Origin: an uncultured virus (IMG/VR IMGVR_UViG_3300008448_000046) | Taxonomy: Duplodnaviria > Heunggongvirae > Uroviricota > Caudoviricetes | Virus record (IMG/VR): IMGVR_UViG_3300008448_000046 | Span: 56,388 to 76,387 of that record | Strand: one strand, 5' to 3' | DNA length: 20,000 bases | In this document: positions 8,328 to 15,862 of the stretch, in pieces | Numbering within the stretch: position 1 is the stretch's first letter | Layout: every line of letters begins with the position of its first letter | Notes under the pieces: model-generated | Told to the model about the DNA's origin: nothing | Databases searched by the model: none | What the model saw: the letters and a program-made list of their open reading frames with translations, nothing else | Position numbers and translations under genes: made by a program

Positions 8328-8865
8328 GCCAAAAGTTCTCCCAAGGATATACTATCCAGCAATCCTCTTCAGCCTTGTTAATTTCATTAGCTGAGTAATC
8401 TACTTCTTCTTTGCTGGCAAGATTATTATGAATTACAGCAAAACGAACATTATTGTTCCAAACAGTATCCCAAGCAAAGTGATTTGGTAAACATCCGCTA
8501 GGCCAATCTTTCTTAATCCACGCTATAGTAGCACCGGTGTCGTTGATGTCGTCAACAATAAGAATTTTTTTTCGATAAGCAGGATCAGTTTGAGTACCTG
8601 ACTCCCCTCGTACTTCTTCAGGAACATAACCAAATGCATCTTCGGCCATACCTAAGTCGCTGACACAATCTCCACCGTCGCGTAAACTGACCTGTAATGG
8701 TCGCATAGGAACATCAAGATATTGACTAAGCATTACTGCTGGAACAGCACCTCCTCTTGTAATACCTACAATATAATCCGGACGCCAATTATCATTGTTA
8801 ATTTGTTTAGCTAGTTCAAGAACGTGTCCTTGAACGTTTCTCCAAGTTAAGTAAATTTTTTTCAT
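8320..8865 (-). CDS. Type I phosphoribosyltransferase (xanthine-guanine PRT-like)
   Basis: DYIVGITRGG, PRPP-binding loop ILIVDDINDTGAT, and a Gpt-like C-terminal WIVYPWE. Likely start is ATG at 8865 (ATGA overlap). Confidence 0.9.
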   Translation of the reverse strand: MKKIYLTWRNVQGHVLELAKQINNDNWRPDYIVGITRGGAVPAVMLSQYLDVPMRPLQVSLRDGGDCVSDLGMAEDAFGYVPEEVRGESGTQTDPAYRKKILIVDDINDTGATIAWIKKDWPSGCLPNHFAWDTVWNNNVRFAVIHNNLASKEEVDYSANEINKAEEDCWIVYPWENFWRG

Positions 8866-9074
8866 CGTACACCGTTTGCTAAGGTTGTCCAAAGCTTTCC
8901 AATTTCCTCTTTGCTAAGGAAAAAATCGTAAGTGCTAGTATTAGTTAATTCACCTTCGTCGTTATACTGTTCTCCAGTAAACATAAGATGGTTAAAGCCG
9001 TCTGGCTTTACACAGTTGTTAATTTTTAACCGAAGCTTCCATGCAGCTTGATCTGTTATTAATTGTTCAATCAT
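8862..9074 (-). CDS. Hypothetical phage protein
   Basis: Likely start is ATG at 9074 (ATGA overlap, AGGGG SD). Confidence 0.7.
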   Translation of the reverse strand: MIEQLITDQAAWKLRLKINNCVKPDGFNHLMFTGEQYNDEGELTNTSTYDFFLSKEEIGKLWTTLANGVR

Positions 9075-9439
9075 TTTGACCCCTTTAAAGTTTCCCAAGT
9101 TTTATATTCTGCTAACGCTTTGTTGTATTCATCATTAATCTTCTTAAGTTTTGAATACTTCTCTTCCATTATAACATCTCTTGTAGGAATGTTCAACATA
9201 GTTTCTATTCGTTTTAATCTATTATGGAGGTCTTCACCATTCCATTCTATTCTGCCGTTAATTTTGATACTAGGGTCGTCGCTATTTGGAATTTCCATAA
9301 CAGGTTTGCCCTTACTGTTATTGAATTGAGTAGTTGTACTTGTACTTGTAGTAAACGAACCTGTTCCACCGCTTCCACCGTTACCAGCAGACACATAAAT
9401 TTGGCCAGTAGTTGTGGTAGGTATAGTAAACGTCGTCAT
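9071..9439 (-). CDS. Hypothetical protein with a Thr/Gly/Ser low-complexity N-terminus and helical C-terminus
   Basis: Likely start is ATG at 9439, right after the upstream TAG stop, with AAGGA SD. The longer track ORF overlaps the neighbouring gene. Confidence 0.75.
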   Translation of the reverse strand: MTTFTIPTTTTGQIYVSAGNGGSGGTGSFTTSTSTTTQFNNSKGKPVMEIPNSDDPSIKINGRIEWNGEDLHNRLKRIETMLNIPTRDVIMEEKYSKLKKINDEYNKALAEYKTWETLKGSK

Positions 9440-9440
9440 A

Positions 9441-9836
9441 CTACTTGTATCCTTTACGTTCTCTTTCTTTTCCGTCAAAATCTTCTTTAACCATTTTATA
9501 AACTTCTTTAAATTTTCGATATGCGATTTCCAGTCCAGGATATTCTTTACACATTTCTTGAACACGTTCGTAATCTGGAAATCTACCATCAAACTCGTCT
9601 TTATAAAAATTACTAAAAGTAGTAAAAGAATCAATACCAGATAAATCTACTGTTTCTATATTGCCTATTGTATAAGATCCTGAATTATAAGGTGTACCTG
9701 TTAATGTTATAATGTCTGATGTAGTCAAACTTGGAAGACTATTCATATCCCAAGTAACAGTAATGTCCTCGGGCTTTAACGGCTCAAGTTCATCTAAGGT
9801 TATTGTATAAATTGGTTCCTGCGAAGTATTGCTCAC
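9441..9836 (-). CDS. Hypothetical protein with a Thr/Ser-rich N-terminus and helical C-terminus
   Basis: GTG start with a GGAGG SD inside the glycosyltransferase 3' end. Confidence 0.75.
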   Translation of the reverse strand: MSNTSQEPIYTITLDELEPLKPEDITVTWDMNSLPSLTTSDIITLTGTPYNSGSYTIGNIETVDLSGIDSFTTFSNFYKDEFDGRFPDYERVQEMCKEYPGLEIAYRKFKEVYKMVKEDFDGKERERKGYK

Positions 9837-10887
9837 GTAATGCCTCCGTTTGTTTATGCAACATTGGCAGTCTAGTTTCGTAAAAAGTCATATGATCTAT
9901 TATTGTTTTTACCAACATTTGCCTATGGTCCAAATAATTGTCCCAAGTATCTGTCCAGTTGCTAGGATATTTGAATGTGTCAAAATACATTTCTGTATAT
10001 GAAAGTCTGTCTGGAACCATAGGAATAGCATTGAGTACGCATCCTTCATAACAGCTGATGCCTAGGGTTTCTTGTAGGTTAGCACTAAACACAATCTTAG
10101 CTTCGCCTAATAAGTTATGATATTCGTTTTTTGTTAATTCTTGTTCTTGACAAATTACAAATTCATATTGTGGTAACAGTTCTTTTAAATCTCTAAAAAT
10201 ATTGACCTGCTTCTCGGGAGCCAGTCTGTGAGGAAAGAGAATTAAATCACGCTTAGGCATTCCTTGATATTGTGTGAAAATGTCATGAAAATATTCCATA
10301 GGCCATCCTGTGCGTACAACATTAGGCCAATCACCCTTTAACGCATCCTGCAAATCATCTTCTAGCCATGGATTTTCCGTCAGCCCGTTGTTCAATAAAT
10401 TGCGTACAAACATATCAATATGAAAGTTTGTAGCAAAGTAATTATAATCAATAGCATAAAAAAATGACTTCTCGGCATGTCTTACCCAAGGTTCGTTACC
10501 AATTAGACGACCTAAGAAGTCCTGAGGGTCATAACTGCCGGCATGCCATAGTGCGTGTATCTTAATTGGAACACTAAGCAGACTGCTCATATACTTTAAA
10601 TTAATGATACCGGGATGCCAGGCATCAGTAAACACAAAGTGATCAAATGATTTTATCTTACCGGTAGTAAACAGTCTACTAATCTCTTCAGTTTGACGAG
10701 ACTTATAGACATTAGTGCCGCCAAAATTAAGGAAGGCGCCAGGAGTAGTGGCACTAGGAATATCCTCAGGGCCAGATATAACTTGAACATCATAACCTTT
10801 CTTTTTTAAAATACTAGGTAAATGAGATTTCCATTGGGCAGTATACCTTGTTTCTACTGCCTCAAGATCTACTATATAGACTGTCAT
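9790..10887 (-). CDS. GT-B fold glycosyltransferase (GT4-like)
   Basis: ILFPHRLAPEKQ and SANLQETLGISCYEG match the GT4 EX7E donor-binding region. Also WHAGSYD. 365 aa. Confidence 0.8.
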   Translation of the reverse strand: MTVYIVDLEAVETRYTAQWKSHLPSILKKKGYDVQVISGPEDIPSATTPGAFLNFGGTNVYKSRQTEEISRLFTTGKIKSFDHFVFTDAWHPGIINLKYMSSLLSVPIKIHALWHAGSYDPQDFLGRLIGNEPWVRHAEKSFFYAIDYNYFATNFHIDMFVRNLLNNGLTENPWLEDDLQDALKGDWPNVVRTGWPMEYFHDIFTQYQGMPKRDLILFPHRLAPEKQVNIFRDLKELLPQYEFVICQEQELTKNEYHNLLGEAKIVFSANLQETLGISCYEGCVLNAIPMVPDRLSYTEMYFDTFKYPSNWTDTWDNYLDHRQMLVKTIIDHMTFYETRLPMLHKQTEALREQYFAGTNLYNNLR

Positions 10888-11126
10888 TATCTTGTATAGT
10901 GTTTTTTATGACCGTTATATGATCCAGGTCTGTCGTTTTTCCATCTACGAGGTCTAGTTGATTGCAGATATTGATTCCAGATAGTGCTTGATTTGTTATA
11001 TAGATCTGCCGGATTAAAAGGCAGCAATTCGAATCTGCAAAAATTATGATAAGCTTCTAGATCATCGAAAATTTTTGTTACTTCAGGTTTCATAACAAAA
11101 TATTTTTTAAGACGTTCTTGAGACAT
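10887..11126 (-). CDS. Hypothetical phage protein (79 aa)
   Basis: AAGGA SD, TAATG-coupled to the glycosyltransferase. Confidence 0.75.
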   Translation of the reverse strand: MSQERLKKYFVMKPEVTKIFDDLEAYHNFCRFELLPFNPADLYNKSSTIWNQYLQSTRPRRWKNDRPGSYNGHKKHYTR

Positions 11127-11148
11127 ATTTTTCCTTAGTTGTTAATTA

Positions 11149-11544
11149 TTAATATTTGATAAAACTACCATTTTCTCCATCTTCGGAGACTTCAATCCAA
11201 ACTTCTCTGCCTGGATACTTATTGGAAATCATGTCATACAATTCATCTGACATCATTTCGCAACTTTTATGATCTAGCGACAATACAGCTTGTTCGCTAT
11301 TATACAATTTTTCAAGCCATCTTTTAAATTGGATAAACTCGATATCTCTGTCGTTATGAGTAACGCTGATCCACACACGAAAGTGAAAAATATGACGGTG
11401 AGGATGAGCAAGGAACGATACATCATATTCATCTCCTGTTGCTAGGTTAGTGTCTGTGGCTGCTGCCGGGTAACAATGGATCCCTTCCTTACGAAAGGTA
11501 ACCCAAATCATTTTATTTGGACGTACATCTTGTTTAATAATCAT
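11149..11544 (-). CDS. Divergent QueD / 6-pyruvoyl-tetrahydropterin synthase-like T-fold protein
   Basis: GIHCYP...HPHRHIFHFRV (His Zn ligands), SCEM and EVSEDGENG parallel the QueD H...HGH...TxE...VxE pattern. It clusters with folE and queE. Confidence 0.7.
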   Translation of the reverse strand: MIIKQDVRPNKMIWVTFRKEGIHCYPAAATDTNLATGDEYDVSFLAHPHRHIFHFRVWISVTHNDRDIEFIQFKRWLEKLYNSEQAVLSLDHKSCEMMSDELYDMISNKYPGREVWIEVSEDGENGSFIKY

Positions 11545-12083
11545 TTAACGATCTCGTCATTATTGTATTGCGACCAGTCTGTAAATTTGTTACGATTCAT
11601 TAGCGTATGTAGACTGTGTGACCATACGCCAGGATTAGTTGCTTTAAAATCTTTATCATCAATTTTAACCATTGTGTTATAGTTCCATAGTTTTATATAT
11701 GGAATCGGCACACGAATTTGAGGAATAAAATTATCATATTCACAGTAACCTGATTCATGGAATTCCTCTACTTGATTTATAGGAATATCAAGAGAACACA
11801 GATAATCTTTTCTGAGGAAATAAAATATCATTTCTTCCCATAATTTATGTTCCTCGTATGTTTGAGGATTGAAACTATGATTAGCCCCAAAGAAAATATG
11901 CTTGATGTGATATGATCTATCTAGTTTTGAATTTTCTTCATTAACGATATTTTCTATATCGTCTATGTTGTGTACTCCAGTAACAAACATTGTACGCATT
12001 CCGAATGCAGGAGTGTGTTCAACTTCATTTCCGATGAAAAAATTTACATCGTTTTTAATACCGTCTTTATAATTACGCTGCAT
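11541..12083 (-). CDS. Hypothetical enzyme-like protein coupled to the QueD-like gene
   Basis: Motif-like segments GNEVEHTPAFG, HIFFGANHSF and KIDDKDFKATNPGVW. No family confidently recognised. Confidence 0.8.
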   Translation of the reverse strand: MQRNYKDGIKNDVNFFIGNEVEHTPAFGMRTMFVTGVHNIDDIENIVNEENSKLDRSYHIKHIFFGANHSFNPQTYEEHKLWEEMIFYFLRKDYLCSLDIPINQVEEFHESGYCEYDNFIPQIRVPIPYIKLWNYNTMVKIDDKDFKATNPGVWSHSLHTLMNRNKFTDWSQYNNDEIVK

Positions 12084-12588
12084 TTTTTCTATTTTCTATT
12101 TCGAACTTAATAATGTTTTCAACTAATTGATTGAGTGTAATGTCTTGTTTGTGTGCTAACTCGTATAATTTTAGCATTAAATTCTCTGGTAAGTCAAGTT
12201 CAATCATTACTCTTTCATCATAAGGTTGTCCATTAACAATGGCCTCGGCCTTTTCTAAGAAATCTTCAGCAATATCCAAATCAGTGTAATTAACATCGTC
12301 CCATGCTTGATTAAGATCAACACCACGACTACTAGCTTCGTCGTCGTGTGCAAATTTATAATTGGGATTAATTAATCTGTAGGCACGTTGATTTTTATAA
12401 TCATATACACTAACTTCATAAAATTCTTGAGTTTTGGTATCGAATACAATACTAACACTATGTCCGTCGTGGTCACCGTTCCATGAGTCTAATCTATAAG
12501 CATCGGAACCGTAGCATTTCCACATGTATTGACTACCTTCGGTGATACGGTAATCAACAACTTCCATAAAATCTTTAATTGTGATCAT
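12073..12588 (-). CDS. Hypothetical protein with a C-terminal ribbon-helix-helix-like domain
   Basis: C-terminal VMIELDLPENLMLKLYELAHKQDITLNQLVENII fits the RHH pattern. Confidence 0.7.
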   Translation of the reverse strand: MITIKDFMEVVDYRITEGSQYMWKCYGSDAYRLDSWNGDHDGHSVSIVFDTKTQEFYEVSVYDYKNQRAYRLINPNYKFAHDDEASSRGVDLNQAWDDVNYTDLDIAEDFLEKAEAIVNGQPYDERVMIELDLPENLMLKLYELAHKQDITLNQLVENIIKFEIENRKNAA

Positions 12589-12829
12589 TTTTACTTTCCT
12601 CGTACTGTTTAAAAAGTTTAGTTACAGGTTCCATTCTTTCTTGAAAAATATCCGGACTTGTTTGAGATGTTTTATTCATATCGTAATGATCAGGATAGTG
12701 TCGTAGACACCATCTTGCTTCATCTCTGATAATTTTAGGAACTCGGGGAGTATGCTGCGGGTTACACAAGTTTACTAAAAGCTCTCTTGTTCTAAGCACA
12801 GCTCGAAATCTTTCGTCTGGTAAAGTCAT
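12575..12829 (-). CDS. Small protein resembling the BPSL0761 family
   Basis: MTLPDERFRAV...TRELL...IRDEARWCLRHYP resembles my recollection of that family. Function unknown. Confidence 0.6.
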   Translation of the reverse strand: MTLPDERFRAVLRTRELLVNLCNPQHTPRVPKIIRDEARWCLRHYPDHYDMNKTSQTSPDIFQERMEPVTKLFKQYEESKNDHN

Positions 12830-14358
12830 TCAAATAATGTATCAAAGGTTGTTTGAACAGGTTCGGTTAGTTTAGGAATTTTAATATTAGCAACGTTGGC
12901 GTCAATATCGAATAGTTTATCTGCATAGGTATGAGCGTTTACAGTTCTTTTTCCTGTTGCTCCTCTAGTGCCAATAATACTCATCCAATATTTGGAATAA
13001 TCTTCAATGATTTTATCTGACTTTCCTTTGTCGCTTGTAGAAAATATTTCGTTAACAATGTCCTTATAATAAACTCTATCAAAGCGTTCGTCAACTAACA
13101 TTGACGGAATTTTCCCCAAATCATATTGCCGATTGGCTTCTTGTACAGCATTAATATGCGCCCAAACATTATGCCCCATTTGAATGGCATAGCTAAATGA
13201 ATCCCAACTAGTACTGCCTTCTTTACCAATTTTGTTTAAATCACCAGGTGCATATATACATACATCTTTTATACTACATTGATCAATAATTGGACTAGAT
13301 TCAAAATTTTCAAAAACTGCATCTTGGATCACTACGTCTTTGAATAGTCTAGTATCGTTGGCATACTTTTTGTCGTCAACTGACGGAACCATTCTATATA
13401 CCCATTTAGTTCTATCTTCGATTTCTGTTTGAACATAAATTTGACCGTTTGCGGTTGCAAGGAATGGACTTGCACAGTCAAATGATATAGTAAAGTTTTC
13501 GTTATGGTGTTTTCTTATAGCACGTTGTAAATCAGTTAGTAAGGTAGCCCATTCTAGTTTACTGGTTCCTAAAAAGTGCATCCAGTCTTGTTGATCTTTT
13601 TCTAGCAAGCCGTCGAATCTTAAAGAGTTGATTCTTTTTAGAACTAGATGTATATCACACATGTTTTGACCGCCCATGGCCCAACCGTTAAATGCACGGT
13701 CACTGTACTGCTTAGGGTCACAATACTTTTTCATACGCTGATACCAATCTTCGGCATCTGCGTGATTTTCGCCTTGCAGAACATTTAAGAATTTACAATT
13801 ACCATTTCTGTTGTTTACGAAGTAATCATTATTGATATACGTTCCTTGCACTGCTTCTGCATATGTAGTAATACCGGTAGCCTTTTGTCCTTCCGGACTA
13901 CGAGCGACCCATGCTGGAATATCAAGGCACATACCGTAGTCCATAAGTGTATCCATCCAATTTAACACTTGACTGCGTTTCTTTTGTGCTTTAGGACAGT
14001 TAGGATCTTTCCAATCTGCTTCCCAGACACCTTTACCAATTTGGAAACCGCCCGAGTCACCTAGTACCCATGAAGTACTGCGGTCACGATTACGAAACAT
14101 GTCTTCACTTTCGTCTTGTTTGTTAAGATCTAAGTTAGCATGACCTGCTGAATACAGACAGTGATCATAATAAAATAATCCTTTTTCTGGTTCAAGATAA
14201 TTTAAACTTTCTATACCATTGACAAAACTTTTAGGAATACGTGCAGGGTCAACGTAATTTCCGTACCGTTGCTTACCAATAAAGGTTGCGTAAAACCCGC
14301 TAGTTGCCGGCAAAAAATATGCATAATCGTTTTGAGATGCAGTTAAATTTTTATTCAT
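12826..14358 (-). CDS. TGT-fold guanine transglycosylase, probably a DpdA-like DNA 7-deazaguanine insertase
   Basis: DSGGFQ, LDIP, VLQG, GWAMGG, HFLG and SFDCASP match TGT catalytic motifs. No CxCxxC zinc site. It co-occurs with folE, queD-like and queE next to replication genes. Confidence 0.8.
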   Translation of the reverse strand: MNKNLTASQNDYAYFLPATSGFYATFIGKQRYGNYVDPARIPKSFVNGIESLNYLEPEKGLFYYDHCLYSAGHANLDLNKQDESEDMFRNRDRSTSWVLGDSGGFQIGKGVWEADWKDPNCPKAQKKRSQVLNWMDTLMDYGMCLDIPAWVARSPEGQKATGITTYAEAVQGTYINNDYFVNNRNGNCKFLNVLQGENHADAEDWYQRMKKYCDPKQYSDRAFNGWAMGGQNMCDIHLVLKRINSLRFDGLLEKDQQDWMHFLGTSKLEWATLLTDLQRAIRKHHNENFTISFDCASPFLATANGQIYVQTEIEDRTKWVYRMVPSVDDKKYANDTRLFKDVVIQDAVFENFESSPIIDQCSIKDVCIYAPGDLNKIGKEGSTSWDSFSYAIQMGHNVWAHINAVQEANRQYDLGKIPSMLVDERFDRVYYKDIVNEIFSTSDKGKSDKIIEDYSKYWMSIIGTRGATGKRTVNAHTYADKLFDIDANVANIKIPKLTEPVQTTFDTLFE

Positions 14359-14813
14359 TTTAATTCTAACTTATCTAATAAATTGCCTACTTTAACATCT
14401 ATTTGACTAGTTGCTGCTAGATTACTAGGACCACCACTGATACTTTGCCCACCAATTATAGTTCCAGGGGGAATAGTTCCAGGCAATACATTAGGCCACT
14501 GAGTCTGATTAGGCGTGTATGGAGTTCCAGTACCTGTAGTAGTTTTTGTAGTATATGTAGATCTATATGCGCCTGCACTTTCCAGTTGCTCTATTCTTCT
14601 ACTTAGATGTCTCATATCTTCGACTACTCTACGTAGTGGTCCTTTAGTCAAACCACTAGGATCATTTTGCGCATTAACCATAGCACTAATAAGAATCAGA
14701 TTCTTTAATGCACGTTGTACTGCTGGATTATCTGAACTCATCGCTGTATCAAATAAGTCCACAAATGTCTCTAAATCAAAATCTGCTTGATCTTTTTCTC
14801 TCATTCCACTCAT
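14355..14813 (-). CDS. Hypothetical protein with a helical N-terminus and Thr/Pro/Gly-rich linker
   Basis: Coupled ORF with ATGA overlaps on both sides and a GGAGG SD. Confidence 0.75.
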   Translation of the reverse strand: MSGMREKDQADFDLETFVDLFDTAMSSDNPAVQRALKNLILISAMVNAQNDPSGLTKGPLRRVVEDMRHLSRRIEQLESAGAYRSTYTTKTTTGTGTPYTPNQTQWPNVLPGTIPPGTIIGGQSISGGPSNLAATSQIDVKVGNLLDKLELK

Positions 14814-15073
14814 AACAATCCTCCTGCCCTAGCAATTCCAATTAGACCAACTATGATCCAAAATCCATTTAAAAGTGTATATGCTTTGTCTTTCTTTATA
14901 GTTGCACAATACGTTAAAAGTACAGCATCTATAGTGTTAAAAATCCAAACAAACATAAAAGGACTTGCTGGCCCTAACCATGATACTAATGTAAAACTTA
15001 TAATACGCATTACTACTCCAATCATTTCCATTTGAGGAATATGATCTTTAACATAGTTTAATACGAATGTCAT
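14810..15073 (-). CDS. Small membrane protein (about 3 hydrophobic helices)
   Basis: Hydrophobic stretches MIGVVMRIISFTLVSWL, FMFVWIFNTIDAVLLTYCA and LLNGFWIIVGLIGIA. Confidence 0.75.
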   Translation of the reverse strand: MTFVLNYVKDHIPQMEMIGVVMRIISFTLVSWLGPASPFMFVWIFNTIDAVLLTYCATIKKDKAYTLLNGFWIIVGLIGIARAGGLL

Positions 15074-15082
15074 CGTTATCCC

Positions 15083-15814
15083 TTATTTTGTCTGTGCTGG
15101 GAGAATGTAGTTGTAGTTTACCAGACCACTGTCTACACTGATCATCATAGCTCCAGCATCGCTAATCATCAGTTTTTTGTCTCCGCTTAGATTTAAAATA
15201 CTTAACACTTGCGACACTGGCCATGCCCATGTCTGTTTTAGTTTACTTTCTATATCTGATTGGAATACAAAGCTTCCTGCGTGAGTGCCTGCATCACCAA
15301 AGAATAACACTAAATTGTTGTTTTCAGTTTTTACTTGGAAAGTCGACTCTTCACTATGTGCTTGAGCTTGATACTTTAGTCTTTGAATTGAACTAATGCT
15401 CGGTTCAATACTAACATCCCAATTGGCCCCTTTGAATTTAACTGTTTTAAGTTTTTCGTTAATAATGTCGGCGTTCATAAAACGATAATCGTTTTTAAAG
15501 TCACCAGTTGTATTTTCAAAGTGAATGCCTGTTGGAATTTCTTCGCCATTACGCACAGCTCTAGTTAATTCGATTTTAGCATCTTCTTTGTATTCCTCAT
15601 AGTTTAAGTGAAGTTTTAGTTTATCAAGATTAGGCATTCCAAAAACTCCTTGGAACTCTTCAACCGGCTCATGTGATTTTGCAGAGAGTATAACTGATCT
15701 ATCTTCAGCCATTGCTTCAATGGCAGTCTCAGTCTCAGTTCCTGTAATTTTTACCAAAGGTAAAATAGACAGGCTATGTGTATGTGCTACGATGTCTGTT
15801 AAAATATCTTTCAT
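15083..15814 (-). CDS. Probable DNA polymerase sliding clamp (gp45/PCNA-like)
   Basis: 243-aa acidic protein directly downstream of polB. The alternating helix/strand two-domain pattern ends in YNYILPA, reminiscent of PCNA/gp45. Confidence 0.7.
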   Translation of the reverse strand: MKDILTDIVAHTHSLSILPLVKITGTETETAIEAMAEDRSVILSAKSHEPVEEFQGVFGMPNLDKLKLHLNYEEYKEDAKIELTRAVRNGEEIPTGIHFENTTGDFKNDYRFMNADIINEKLKTVKFKGANWDVSIEPSISSIQRLKYQAQAHSEESTFQVKTENNNLVLFFGDAGTHAGSFVFQSDIESKLKQTWAWPVSQVLSILNLSGDKKLMISDAGAMMISVDSGLVNYNYILPAQTK

Positions 15815-15832
15815 TTTATTTTCCTTTTCTGA

Positions 15833-15862
15833 TTGTATTTAGAATTTTCAACTAAAATCAAA
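15833..15862 (-). promoter_or_regulatory. Possible composite promoter upstream of the clamp gene
   Basis: TTGATT, 18 nt, TACAAT, overlapping CTAAATA (15842-15836). Confidence 0.45.

Noticed and set aside
9320..9440. Short ACT/ACA/AGT-type repeats here and near 14520-14560
   Set aside because: They are explained by Thr/Ser/Gly low-complexity coding and do not form a DNA-level repeat array.
9440..9634. N-terminal extension of track ORF 9071-9634
   Set aside because: It overlaps gene 9441-9836 in another frame. ATG at 9439 with an SD right after the upstream stop is the better start.
12826..14358. Calling this a canonical tRNA-guanine transglycosylase (tgt)
   Set aside because: It lacks the CxCxxC/H zinc site, is longer, has a polymerase-like tail and sits in a replication operon. 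A DNA substrate is favoured, though tRNA is not excluded, so no gene symbol is given.
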